Positions 9,164 through 18,886 of a stretch of 64,000 bases of DNA are shown here, in pieces (within the stretch, counting starts at the first letter, position 1; the number at the start of each line of letters is the position of its first letter). The notes beneath the pieces are model-generated. The model had not been told where the DNA came from. It worked only from the letters and a program-made list of their open reading frames with translations, and ran no database searches. The DNA is from Nannocystales bacterium (lineage in GTDB: Bacteria > Myxococcota_A > Polyangia > Nannocystales > Nannocystaceae). The position numbers were made by a program, and so were the translations under genes. The stretch spans positions 446,474 to 510,473 of the forward strand of contig JBOEGF010000008.1 in the NCBI GenBank assembly GCA_050633305.1. The letters run 5' to 3'.

Positions 9164-10462
9164 ATGCACGTCGGTATCGACTTCGGCACATCCAATACCG
9201 CGGTCGCTCTCGCGGAAGCGGGAGGCGACGTGCGCTTCTTGGAGTTCTCGTTGCTAGGCGCAACGACGCAGAGCTTCCGAAGCCTGCTGTACTTCGACCC
9301 CGAAGAGCAGGACGTCCGGACCTCGATCAACTTTCACGCCGGAACCGGCGCGATCGAGGCGTATCTCGAAGCCATGGGCGAGGGCCGGCTGGTCCAGTCG
9401 TTCAAGACGCACCTCACGACCGAGTCGCTGGGTCGCACGCAGATCGGCCATCACGCCATCTCGCTGGACGACATGTTGATGCTGTTCTTCTCTCGGCTCC
9501 GCGAGCACATCACGGAGGCTTGGGGGGAGACGCCCGACGAGGTCACGCTGGGTCGGCCCGTGCGGTTCGCGGGCGCGGATGACGATGCAGGCAGCCTCGC
9601 AGCTCAAGCCAGGCTCGAAGCTGCGGCGCAGCGCAGCGGGTTCAAGACCGTCGGCTTCGAACTCGAACCCATCGCAGCGGCGTACCACTACGAACGCATG
9701 CTCGACAAACCCGAGCTTGCGCTGGTCGCTGACTTCGGGGGCGGCACCACCGACTTCTGTTTGATGCGCCTGGGTGGCCCCCGCTCCGGCCGCGGCCGCC
9801 GAGACGACATCGTCGCGACCGGCGGTGTCGGTGTCGCCGGGGACGACCTCGATGCGGCCATCATCGAGCACGTCGTGTCCCCTGAGCTGGGCAAGGGCAC
9901 CCGCTACCGCGAGATGGGGCGCGAGAAAGCCGTCCCCAGCTCCTACTATTACAAGCTCTCGAGATGGCACCACCTCTCGTTCCTCCGCGGCAAACGGGTC
10001 CGCGCCGAGCTCGAGCGTCTTCATCGCGCGGCGCTGGAACCCGAGAAGATCGAGGCGTTCATCCACGTGCTCGAGAACAACCAGGGGTTTCATCTGCACA
10101 AGGCTGTCGAGCGGCTGAAGATCGCCCTGTCGGAGGAGGAGGAGGCCTCGTTCCGGTTCGACGACGACCCCGTCGAGATTGAAACCCGTGTGCAACGGAC
10201 GGACTTCGAGCGCTGGATCGAGCCCTGTGTTTCGGCGATCACGACCGGTCTCGACGAAACGCTCGCCCACGCCGGCCTTGCCCCAGACGCGGTCGACCGC
10301 GTGTTCATGACCGGCGGTACTGCGTTCGTTCCGTGTGTGCGGCGGCAGTTCGAGCAGCGTTTCGGTGCAGAGAAGCTCAGCGGCGGCGACGAGCTCATGT
10401 CGATCGCTTCGGGACTGGCCGTCCGCGAGGGCACGCAAGACTCCGCCGCGTCCGCCGAGTAG
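9164..10462 (+). CDS. yegD: Hsp70-family protein (YegD-like)
   Basis: GIDFGTSNT, GRPVRF, EPIAAA, DFGGGTTDF, TGGT; ATPase domain only, as in YegD. Confidence 0.85.
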   Translation: MHVGIDFGTSNTAVALAEAGGDVRFLEFSLLGATTQSFRSLLYFDPEEQDVRTSINFHAGTGAIEAYLEAMGEGRLVQSFKTHLTTESLGRTQIGHHAISLDDMLMLFFSRLREHITEAWGETPDEVTLGRPVRFAGADDDAGSLAAQARLEAAAQRSGFKTVGFELEPIAAAYHYERMLDKPELALVADFGGGTTDFCLMRLGGPRSGRGRRDDIVATGGVGVAGDDLDAAIIEHVVSPELGKGTRYREMGREKAVPSSYYYKLSRWHHLSFLRGKRVRAELERLHRAALEPEKIEAFIHVLENNQGFHLHKAVERLKIALSEEEEASFRFDDDPVEIETRVQRTDFERWIEPCVSAITTGLDETLAHAGLAPDAVDRVFMTGGTAFVPCVRRQFEQRFGAEKLSGGDELMSIASGLAVREGTQDSAASAE

Positions 10463-10468
10463 CGCGGC

Positions 10469-12922
10469 TCAGGCCGGCGGGGTGCACTCCAAGATCTCAA
10501 CCTGGTCGGTGTTGTTCTCCGTGTTGCACTCGACCGTGAGTGCGCCGCCCATCCCGTCGTCGTTGACGACCATGGTGATCACACCGTTGATCTCGTCGCC
10601 GATCTGGCAGGAGACCTCGCGGCACTCCGCCACCGGGACAGGCTCCGCCGTGTACGCGACACAAAGCACGGGCCCTGTGTTGTCCTCGCCCTGATAGAAG
10701 GCCGCAGGGAGAGCGGCCGCGACCGGCTTGAGTCCACGGTTGCAAACGGTGCCTTCGAGCACGATGTCCGCGCCCTCGAACGTGCAGGCGGTCTCGTCCA
10801 GCTTCCCGGTGATGTCCGGCAGGTCCTCCGCGGACGAAGCCCCCTGCCGGTTTTGCCGGTAGTTGTTCAGATCCGGGTCGGTGAAGTTCTGGGGCCATGC
10901 GCCGGCCGCAGGTACCGTGAGGTCGTCGTTCACGTTGGTGATCGAGTATGCGTGTTGGTTCCACATCGGCCGTGAACTCGCCCAACGGTCGAGCCGGTCA
11001 CGGAGGACCCGGACGCCTGTGATCGCGATGTCCGGGGGGTGCACAGCGCGGCACGTGTTGCCACTGCCCGCGGTGCCCGGAAGCGGAGGCTGACAGCTGT
11101 GCCCCTCGAGACACTCCGCATCCGTGGAACAACGGCAAAAGCCCTCGTCGCAGGTTCCCAACCCGCAGCCCGTATCGTCCTCGCACCGCAGACCGCGATG
11201 GATCGGGTCGATCTCCGGGCAGGTCACGTTGCAGTTGGTGTTGGACCCGACCAGAATCTCGGTGTTCTCGTCGAGGTCCGGGTCGGCCACGATCGGGTTC
11301 TCGTACCAGGTGCATGAGGTTCGTGCGGACGAGTACAGCACCTCCCCGGAGTCACCTTCGTACACGCGGACGAAGCACTCGTCTCCGTAGACAGCTTCCG
11401 CCTGACCGTCCCCTTCGAAGTCGAAGATCGAAGATCCCGTCCGAGACGATGAGGCATCCTGTGATGGCTGCGTCCAGCGGATGAAGTTTCCGCCGCAACC
11501 CGCGACCGTCCCGGCGCAGTCGAGATCGTAGACCAAGAACGCGGTCCCACCAGCAGCGGCGATCTCGGGCAAACCATCGTTGTCGAAGTCACCGACGGTC
11601 GGCGGCCCGCCTCCGGCGATCGGTGCAGACAGCAGCTGTTGTCCGTCGAGCGTATGCAGGTACACCGTGCCCGACACGACGGTGACGATCTCGGCAACGC
11701 CGTCCAACGTCCCATCATCGAAAGCGTCCGGCGTGGCTCCCGGGGTTCCGAAGTCGGCGAACCCGTAGTGCTGTCCCGCGGGCCCTCCTTCGTACTCCAA
11801 GACCCACTGCGAGGTCGCGAGTTCCCACTGGTAGACGTCGTCGGCGACAAGCTCAACTTCACCGTCCACGTCGACATCCCCCAGCACGCTGATCACCCCA
11901 GGGCTGAGATAGGCGAAGGTTTGGCCCGCGTTGAGGCGCGTCCCATCCAGGCCCGAGAACACCTCGCCGCCGGATATGACCTCAGGGAACATGTCGCCGT
12001 CGAGGTCGTGCACCGACGGGCCATCCCAGCGGTTGACGGCCGAGTATCCCGAGTCCGTGGTCGTCCACCACGTCTCGTAGGACGCCCCGTTCCACTTGTA
12101 GGCCACCAACCCGCTCACGCCTCGCTGGGCGATCAGCTCGGGCGTTCCGTCCGCATCCAGATCTGCGATCGCCGGAGGCGACGCGGCGATCGCCGGATGG
12201 GCGGGGTCGTGAATCGATTCGAGGACTTCACACGTCTGCCCGTTGAGGATCCTGATGACACCGAACAGTGTCGGGTCTGCACCCGCGGCCGCTCCCGTGC
12301 CGCCGTCGGTCCCGTTGTAGGTCACGATGACGATCTCCGCGGCCGCCCCCGACTCGTTGGGAAGCTGTGCGACCAACGGGGTCGTCAGGACGTTGGCGTG
12401 ATCTGGAAAGCCGTCGCCCTCGGCGGGCGACAACCACTCGCACTGCACGCTCGGCTCGAACAACCCGATGACCACCTCCTGCGTGCACTCTTCGTTGACG
12501 TCCCCGCGCGGACCCTTACCGTACGGAATGCACCAGCCGCCCCCTTCCTCCTCGGGCAAGCATCCCTCCGCGCAGCAATACGTGTCGCCATCGCAGTCGG
12601 TGTCGTCGGTGCACTCGCCGTCGGTGGGCACACACTCGCTCGCCGCGCACGCTTGCCCTTCGGGACACTGAGCGGTGTTGAGACACGCCTGGCCGGAGAC
12701 CCCAGTGCTTCCCTCGCCGGGGTCGATGCCACCGGTGCTGCTGCCATCCATCTCAGATCCCGCCGTGGACTCGGACGACCCCGCCACTGAGGTACTTCCG
12801 GCTGTCGTCAACGGCGGGCCGTCGGAGGTTGCGGTCTCCTCAGCGGCGGAACCACCGCATCCTACGCTGAGGGCCAAGAGCCAAGTCGAAGACGCGGAGA
12901 GGGCTTGAAGCGAACGTGCCAT
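10469..12922 (-). CDS. FG-GAP/VCBS repeat beta-propeller lipoprotein with Cys-rich segments and a CARDB-like C-terminus
   Basis: Lipobox LSVGC; repeated DLDADGTPE / DLDGDMFPE / DFDNDGLPE / DFEGDGQAE motifs; WNQHAYSITNVNDD; C-terminal ECNTENN. Confidence 0.8.
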   Translation of the reverse strand: MARSLQALSASSTWLLALSVGCGGSAAEETATSDGPPLTTAGSTSVAGSSESTAGSEMDGSSTGGIDPGEGSTGVSGQACLNTAQCPEGQACAASECVPTDGECTDDTDCDGDTYCCAEGCLPEEEGGGWCIPYGKGPRGDVNEECTQEVVIGLFEPSVQCEWLSPAEGDGFPDHANVLTTPLVAQLPNESGAAAEIVIVTYNGTDGGTGAAAGADPTLFGVIRILNGQTCEVLESIHDPAHPAIAASPPAIADLDADGTPELIAQRGVSGLVAYKWNGASYETWWTTTDSGYSAVNRWDGPSVHDLDGDMFPEVISGGEVFSGLDGTRLNAGQTFAYLSPGVISVLGDVDVDGEVELVADDVYQWELATSQWVLEYEGGPAGQHYGFADFGTPGATPDAFDDGTLDGVAEIVTVVSGTVYLHTLDGQQLLSAPIAGGGPPTVGDFDNDGLPEIAAAGGTAFLVYDLDCAGTVAGCGGNFIRWTQPSQDASSSRTGSSIFDFEGDGQAEAVYGDECFVRVYEGDSGEVLYSSARTSCTWYENPIVADPDLDENTEILVGSNTNCNVTCPEIDPIHRGLRCEDDTGCGLGTCDEGFCRCSTDAECLEGHSCQPPLPGTAGSGNTCRAVHPPDIAITGVRVLRDRLDRWASSRPMWNQHAYSITNVNDDLTVPAAGAWPQNFTDPDLNNYRQNRQGASSAEDLPDITGKLDETACTFEGADIVLEGTVCNRGLKPVAAALPAAFYQGEDNTGPVLCVAYTAEPVPVAECREVSCQIGDEINGVITMVVNDDGMGGALTVECNTENNTDQVEILECTPPA

Positions 12923-13057
12923 GCGGGTACAGGGGGGACAGCTCCCGCCCCTTAGACACCCGATTGCGCCGTTCATCCGGGAATACCGGCGCCCGAGTCA
13001 GTCCTGCGCGTCGATGCTTTGACAGGAGCGTCCCCGGGGCGCACGCTCCGAACACAG

Positions 13058-14386
13058 ATGTCGGAAAAACCCGCCACAAAGGGGCGGCGCCTGTTCAAGC
13101 TCGCCAGCATGACCGCTCAGGTCGCCGGCGGATACGCAAAGAACCGCATCAAGTCGGTCTTTCAGAGCGAAGAGGCCTCAGCCGAAGACCAGGCCCACAT
13201 GTACGAGAAGTCGGGCGAGGTCATCGCCAAGACGCTCGGCGAGCTCAAAGGCGCGGTCATGAAGGTCGGGCAGATGGCGTCGGTCGCCGCCGATATCCTG
13301 CCCAAGGAGGTCCAAGAGGCTCTCACGAGTCTCCAGCGCGAAGCCCCGCCCATGCCGTTCGAGGTGATCGCCGACCAGATCGAGTCCGAGTTTTCGGCCG
13401 ATCCGCAGACGTTGTTCCAGAGCTTCGACCGCGTTCCGTTCGCCTCCGCATCCATCGGCCAAGTTCACCGCGCGGTCACCGACGACGGACGCGAAGTCGT
13501 CGTCAAGGTGCAGTACCCCGGAGTCGACGGTGCGGTCGATTCCGACCTCGCGCACCTCAAGCTCGCTCTGCGCGCCAGCGGCCTGGTGCGGGTCCCCAAG
13601 AAGTCGCTCGATGCGGTGTTCAAGGAACTCAAGGCGCGACTCCACGAAGAGCTCGACTACACCAACGAAGCCGACAACGTCCGTTTCTTCTTCGAGCACT
13701 ACAAGAACAACCCCCGCGTCATCGTCCCCGAGGTGGTGGGTGAGCGCAGCTCTGGCCGCGTGCTCACCCTGACCTACGAACCCGGGGACCACCTCGATGA
13801 AGCCAGGCACTACCCCCAAGAGACCCGCGACGAGATCGCGTACCACCTCTTCGACGTCGTCGCCGAGCAAGCCTTCGACCTGCAGGTCATTCACGCCGAC
13901 CCGAACCCGGCGAACTTCGCATTCCGTCGCGACGGGTCAATCGTCTTATACGACTTTGGGTGCGTCAAAACCCTCGATCCGCAGATTGTCGAGGCCTACT
14001 TGTTCTCGGTCCGAGCCAGCCTCGATGAGCGATACGAAGACCTCGACGCAGGCATGGTTCGCCTCGGTGCGCGCAACCTCGACGGAGCGCACGTCCCCCC
14101 GAACTACTACAAGGTCTGGCGCGACATCTTTGCCAAGCCGTTCCTTGGCACCTTCAACTTCGGCGAGGCCCAGCTTCAGCGAGAGGCGATGAAGCATGTG
14201 CCGGGATTCATGGCCAAGTACATGACCTCGTTTCAGCCCCCGCCGGAGCTCGTGTTCCTCGACCGGGTGGTGGTCGGTCACTACGGCACGTTGCGGAGAC
14301 TCGGGGCCGAGGTCGACTTTCAGCCCAAGCTCGCCGCCTATCTCGAGCGAGCCCAAACCTCCGCCTCTGCGCTCGGCCCCGCATAA
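13058..14386 (+). CDS. ABC1/AarF/UbiB-family atypical kinase
   Basis: LKGAVMKVGQ, FASASIGQVHRA, VVVKVQYPG, EELDY, HADPNPAN, DFG. Confidence 0.93.
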   Translation: MSEKPATKGRRLFKLASMTAQVAGGYAKNRIKSVFQSEEASAEDQAHMYEKSGEVIAKTLGELKGAVMKVGQMASVAADILPKEVQEALTSLQREAPPMPFEVIADQIESEFSADPQTLFQSFDRVPFASASIGQVHRAVTDDGREVVVKVQYPGVDGAVDSDLAHLKLALRASGLVRVPKKSLDAVFKELKARLHEELDYTNEADNVRFFFEHYKNNPRVIVPEVVGERSSGRVLTLTYEPGDHLDEARHYPQETRDEIAYHLFDVVAEQAFDLQVIHADPNPANFAFRRDGSIVLYDFGCVKTLDPQIVEAYLFSVRASLDERYEDLDAGMVRLGARNLDGAHVPPNYYKVWRDIFAKPFLGTFNFGEAQLQREAMKHVPGFMAKYMTSFQPPPELVFLDRVVVGHYGTLRRLGAEVDFQPKLAAYLERAQTSASALGPA

Positions 14387-14423
14387 GCCCCTGCTCGCCT
14401 TCGACGACCGCCGCGCTGACGCC

Positions 14424-15959
14424 TCACTCGCAGGCGTCGGCGCCCACCGTCGTGGGATCGCCCCGCATGGCGCCATCCATGTCGGTCGAGACTTCGGGAT
14501 GTCGCGCGACGGTGTCGACCGACGCGCACCGGCTCAGGTGCAGGTCCCCCGCAGGTGCGTCGACAAACCATCCATCCTCACCGGCCTGTAGGTTGCCGAC
14601 GTCGGCAAACTCGGCGCCATCCCGGCTCCGAATCTGACGATTGCTCAGGTTGCCGTGCAACGTCATATCGCTGGTCTCGCCCCAGCGAATCTCGATGCCC
14701 GAGCCATAGGCGGCCGGGTCGCTCATGAACACGGTGTTGTGGGCGACGACCATGTCTACGCCCCGTTCGATGATGATGCCAACGTCGTGCTCTCGGCTTC
14801 CGGGGTGCTCAGAGAACACGGTGTTGTTGATGACCCGGGTTCCGTAGACCGTGTCGACCAGACCGATGCCGATGCCGCGTGCACTGTTGAGGATGCGATT
14901 TCCGGCGATCATGTGGCCCGTCCCGGATTCGCTGTCCCACATGTGAATGGCGTGCTCGGACAACCCGCCTGTGTACGTCATGTTTCCGCGGAGCTCGGGG
15001 AATCGGCCGTGCGCCGGCCGGGGCACACCGTCCGCCGTGCAGTAGATGCCGTCGAACAGGTTGTCGTGGACGTTCCAATCGCGTGCGTTGTGGGTGTCGA
15101 TGCCGCCGGTGTAGCAAGTGGTGTTTCCGGCTGCGTCCCCATACCCCCAGACGTTGTCGCGCCCCTCGTTCGACATCAGGAACTGGCTGCACGAGATCTC
15201 GACATCATCCACCGACCCGTTGTCGACACTGGACTTCAAGAACTGCTGGCCTCCATCGAGCATGTGCACGTTGTGTACGATCGCAGCATCCCCGTCGGCC
15301 CAGATGTGGATCAGGTGAAACACGGAGCGCTGCACGGTGAGGTCGGCGACCACAACCCCGCTCGCTGCGATGGTTACAGGCGCACTGCCGTTGCCATGGG
15401 AACGGTAGGCCCCGTCGATCACGACAGCCTCAGCATCCCCGCTTTGTGAACGAAGGGTCACATCGGGGGTCGTGATGTAGATGCCTGAGTAGCCCCCCGC
15501 GTCCGCGTCGGGGAGAACGTAGGTCCCGTCCGCGAGCAGCACGGTGTCCCCGGCGCTTGCGGAGGAGACAGCTTGCCGCAGACTCATCTCGCCCACGCCT
15601 TCGACCATCACGACACCATCGCCGACCGAAGACACGAGAATCTCCGCGCCCTTGCGAACCGGAAGCTCGACGTCGTCACACGACGCGGGTGGCTCGATCG
15701 GCGGTCCACCGGTCGGGTCATCCGAGTCGCCGGTCGAGTCCTCCGCGCCGTCCGTTTCGGAAACTCCGCCCGTGCTTTCGTCGGTCGTCGGATCGGAGCC
15801 GCTGCTCCCGCCATCGGTGCCCTCGATTCCGGTGGCACCGTTCCCGGTCTCGGTCCCCTCGGAGGACTCGGTCGCGGCCCCGAACGAGGCCTCTTCGGCA
15901 TCGTCACCGCCGCACGCGACCATCGAGACAACCCACAACACCAACGCGGTCCGCTGCAT
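14424..15959 (-). CDS. Right-handed beta-helix (pectin-lyase-fold) lipoprotein
   Basis: Lipobox MVAC, Ser/Thr/Gly/Asp linker, AGDTVLLADGTY, repeated VHDNLF / IAGNRI / VINNTV / VAHNTV, C-terminal GDLHL...DMDG..R...VGA. Confidence 0.75.
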   Translation of the reverse strand: MQRTALVLWVVSMVACGGDDAEEASFGAATESSEGTETGNGATGIEGTDGGSSGSDPTTDESTGGVSETDGAEDSTGDSDDPTGGPPIEPPASCDDVELPVRKGAEILVSSVGDGVVMVEGVGEMSLRQAVSSASAGDTVLLADGTYVLPDADAGGYSGIYITTPDVTLRSQSGDAEAVVIDGAYRSHGNGSAPVTIAASGVVVADLTVQRSVFHLIHIWADGDAAIVHNVHMLDGGQQFLKSSVDNGSVDDVEISCSQFLMSNEGRDNVWGYGDAAGNTTCYTGGIDTHNARDWNVHDNLFDGIYCTADGVPRPAHGRFPELRGNMTYTGGLSEHAIHMWDSESGTGHMIAGNRILNSARGIGIGLVDTVYGTRVINNTVFSEHPGSREHDVGIIIERGVDMVVAHNTVFMSDPAAYGSGIEIRWGETSDMTLHGNLSNRQIRSRDGAEFADVGNLQAGEDGWFVDAPAGDLHLSRCASVDTVARHPEVSTDMDGAMRGDPTTVGADACE

Positions 15960-16075
15960 GAATTCGGGATACCAAGCCCGCCTGGCGCCCACCATCGGTA
16001 GGACTACCGACTTTCGCGGCTGGGACGCGCCCTGCGCGGGGAGGCGGTCCGCCACGCCTGCGCTATGGTGCCCCC

Positions 16076-16429
16076 ATGCGCTGCGCCGCGCTCCTCCTCG
16101 TCCTCCTCGGCACGGGCTGCCAAGATCACACCACGGGCGTGCAGACCCTCTGCAACGCCCCGCGTGACTGCCAAGCGTGCCAGGGCGTAGAGCCGGCCGC
16201 GTTCGACAAGACGATGGCCAAGCATATCGACCGGAGCGTCCGTCACGACGAGGCTCGCCTGTTGTTCGAAAAGCTCGCCAAGGTCGACGACAAACAGCGC
16301 GCCAAACTACTGCGGGAGTCCGCCGAAGCGACAGGACTGTCCAGCTGCATCCTGGCGGACCGCTACGAGGCACGCGCCAAGGCTTGGGAAGCCCACCAAA
16401 AAGGCGAGGGGAAAGCCCCGCCCGAGTAA
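16076..16429 (+). CDS. Small helical lipoprotein (117 aa)
   Basis: Lipobox LGTGC; TATGGT 6 nt upstream of ATG. Confidence 0.65.
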   Translation: MRCAALLLVLLGTGCQDHTTGVQTLCNAPRDCQACQGVEPAAFDKTMAKHIDRSVRHDEARLLFEKLAKVDDKQRAKLLRESAEATGLSSCILADRYEARAKAWEAHQKGEGKAPPE

Positions 16430-16450
16430 CAACACCACGTCCTCTTCGCG

Positions 16451-17872
16451 TCAACGAAGCGACGTCTCGACGATACGCACGTCGGGGTGTCGCACCACGC
16501 CACCGAGCGCCTCGACTCGGCGTTGCTCATCACGCCCTCGGGTCCCCGCCGGCACCACCATCACCCGCGGCGGATCGAGTTCGTCGCGCTTGCGGAGGTG
16601 CGCGTAGGCAGGCGAGCGGAGTTGGAGGTTGTTGTCGATCCGCTCGGAGAGCTTGCCGACCAACTCCGACGAGACGTAGCCCTGGACCTCGATTCGCAGC
16701 AGCAACCCGCGTGGTCGTTTGCGTTTGCCCCCCCGATGCGCCCCGGTCCGCGTCAACCAGGCGAGTTCCGTATCGTCGAACGCCTCGGGCAAGCGAGCAG
16801 AACCGGTGCGCAGCGATGCACCGATGGTCGGGATGCTGAGCGGGTCGGGACCGATCTCCGCAAAGACCAGCGCGGGATCCTCCCGGTGCAGAGCCTGCCG
16901 GATCGACGCCGAGAGCCACGCTCCCGACACCGTGCACCCTTCGAGGCGAACATCGGCCGGGGCTGGCGGGAGCCGCAGCACCCGGGGGCGGGGAAAGTCG
17001 GCCGGACCGTAAGGCATGTCGAACCCGACGACCCGGACGTGCTCGCCGGTCCGCAACCGTAGAAACCCGTGCGGCGAGCTCACGACGAGTTCATAACGCT
17101 GCCCCATCACGGCATCCTCGGGCATCGTCGTCTGACGTTGGTAGACCCGCTGCCCGTCCTCCTCGGGATTGGAATACGACAGCAGCTCGATGAGGCTGGT
17201 GCCGACCGCCAGCGTGACCGAATGGTCGGCGCCGCGGGCCGAGGGCACCGCAAATCGCCCCGGAGCCTCGATCCACCCGGCGCTCCGAATCGGGAGCCGG
17301 GTCCGCCTGGTTCGGCGAAGATCGTGTTCGGCCAAGATGAGGTGAAGGTGCGGCAAACGACGCTCGAGCGGTGCACGGTGAACCGACTCCAGCTCGCAGA
17401 CCGTCAGCACGCTGGGCACCACCAAGAGATCGGGCTCGAACGCCTCGAGCTGTTCGAGCACCGACGCGGCGCTCTCCCATCGGTCGATACGCCGCAACTC
17501 GCCCCCCAGCGAGGTCAGGTCCTCCACGAGAATCTCGTCGACCGCGGTGTCGAAACGACGCCCGCGGAGCAGCGCGACCCGCCGGGGAGGCTTGTCCCCC
17601 AACCACGCCGACCAAATGCCGACCGGAACGTCGCGCTCCCACCCGCCGGGGTTCTCGAAATCGTCGTCTCCGATTCCGAACCCGAAGCGCGCGTTGACCT
17701 CGTCTTGGTGACGGTCGCGGTCACGGATCGGGATGGATGCCCGGAAGTCCTCGAGCGAACCGACGGCATGCAACCCCAGCTCGCGTCCGGGACGCGTGGG
17801 CCCGAGTTGCTCAACCAACAGACGCAAACTCTCGTCGCGTCGGTTGCGCTGGGCGGAGAGGGCGATTCTCAT
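16451..17872 (-). CDS. GH3-family (acyl-acid amido synthetase fold) protein, apparently lacking catalytic motifs
   Basis: FRASIPIRD, GQRYELVVSSPHGFLRLRTGEHVRVVGF and DNNLQLRSPAYAHLRKRDELDPPRV resemble GH3 segments; no SSGT(T/S) or YxxSE motif. Confidence 0.65.
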   Translation of the reverse strand: MRIALSAQRNRRDESLRLLVEQLGPTRPGRELGLHAVGSLEDFRASIPIRDRDRHQDEVNARFGFGIGDDDFENPGGWERDVPVGIWSAWLGDKPPRRVALLRGRRFDTAVDEILVEDLTSLGGELRRIDRWESAASVLEQLEAFEPDLLVVPSVLTVCELESVHRAPLERRLPHLHLILAEHDLRRTRRTRLPIRSAGWIEAPGRFAVPSARGADHSVTLAVGTSLIELLSYSNPEEDGQRVYQRQTTMPEDAVMGQRYELVVSSPHGFLRLRTGEHVRVVGFDMPYGPADFPRPRVLRLPPAPADVRLEGCTVSGAWLSASIRQALHREDPALVFAEIGPDPLSIPTIGASLRTGSARLPEAFDDTELAWLTRTGAHRGGKRKRPRGLLLRIEVQGYVSSELVGKLSERIDNNLQLRSPAYAHLRKRDELDPPRVMVVPAGTRGRDEQRRVEALGGVVRHPDVRIVETSLR

Positions 17873-17885
17873 GGGACGTCCTCCC

Positions 17886-18881
17886 CTACGGCTCGGCCAG
17901 CTCGGCTTCGAGTTTGCTCAACACGGCCCGCGCAGCGTCGATACGCCCCTGCAGATCAGGATCACCGTCGTCGTTGGCCGCGCCGCCGGCACCTTCGCAG
18001 AAACGCTTGAGGTGTGCTGCCGCTTGAACCTTGCCGCCCACGTCCAACAGTGCCCGAGCGAGGCCGTAGTGGGCTTCGAAGTTGTCCGGGGCCATCGTCA
18101 ACACCTTCCGGTAGCCATCGATCGCGCCGTCGGTGTCCCCGTCCCGGAGGCAGAGTTCCGCGAGGTTCATCTGCGCCTCGGACTGCATCGGATCGCAACG
18201 CAGGGCCTGCGAGAAGTGACTGCGAGCCTCTTCGTCCACACCCATCTCGGCGAACATGCTCCCCAGGTTGGTCCACGCCGCGGCGAGCTCAGGATCCAGC
18301 TCGAGCGCGGCCTCATAGGCCGTTCGCGCGGCCTCGAACCCGGGCTGGTCGACAGGCGACCCATCCCATTGGGCCTCGAGTTCGCAGCCGAGCAAGAACC
18401 ACCCGTACGCCGTCGTGGGCGCGGGCCGAGCCGACTCGTCCGACACCCACGGCAACTCGTGAACCTCCGCGGCCTCCCGTTGAAGGTTCTCGGTCTCGAA
18501 GTCGAGGACCATCTGTCCGGACTCGGCTTCGTAGTCGCCTTGCACGTGCTCAACGACAAGTTCGTCGCCTTCGCAGCGAATGCGCAGCGAGGCGAGCATG
18601 TGTTTGGCTTCGGGAAGCCGTCGGCCCAGCGCGCCGAGGCTTCGCCGAACCCGGCGCAGCGGCATGCCAGACTCCAGCAATGCCTTGGCGACCTTCAGCT
18701 CGATGAGATCCCGGAAGCTATAGAAGACTCGCCCGCCTCGGCGGACCGACGGCGAGATGAACCCGGACTGCGACCAGTACCGAAGCCGATGCTCCGGAAC
18801 ATCCAACAGCCGCGCGACGTGCCGTACCGAGTAGGCGTCCTCGCGTGCTGTGGCGTCGCCTTGCGTCGTCACCATCTGCAT
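17886..18881 (-). CDS. MerR-type HTH + TPR repeat transcription regulator
   Basis: YSVRHVARLLDVPEHRLRYW...YSFRDLIELKVAKALL; TPRs (AAAWTNLGSMF, EAQMNLAELC, EAHYGLARAL). Confidence 0.88.
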   Translation of the reverse strand: MQMVTTQGDATAREDAYSVRHVARLLDVPEHRLRYWSQSGFISPSVRRGGRVFYSFRDLIELKVAKALLESGMPLRRVRRSLGALGRRLPEAKHMLASLRIRCEGDELVVEHVQGDYEAESGQMVLDFETENLQREAAEVHELPWVSDESARPAPTTAYGWFLLGCELEAQWDGSPVDQPGFEAARTAYEAALELDPELAAAWTNLGSMFAEMGVDEEARSHFSQALRCDPMQSEAQMNLAELCLRDGDTDGAIDGYRKVLTMAPDNFEAHYGLARALLDVGGKVQAAAHLKRFCEGAGGAANDDGDPDLQGRIDAARAVLSKLEAELAEP

Positions 18882-18886
18882 GCAGG

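Noticed and set aside
6749..9169. 806-aa antisense ORF over glgP, and similar long antisense or alternate-frame ORFs (41605-43728, 53918-56554, 59969-61798, 7264-9150)
   Set aside because: Shadow ORFs expected from high GC3 bias; no motifs; they overlap clearly identified genes.
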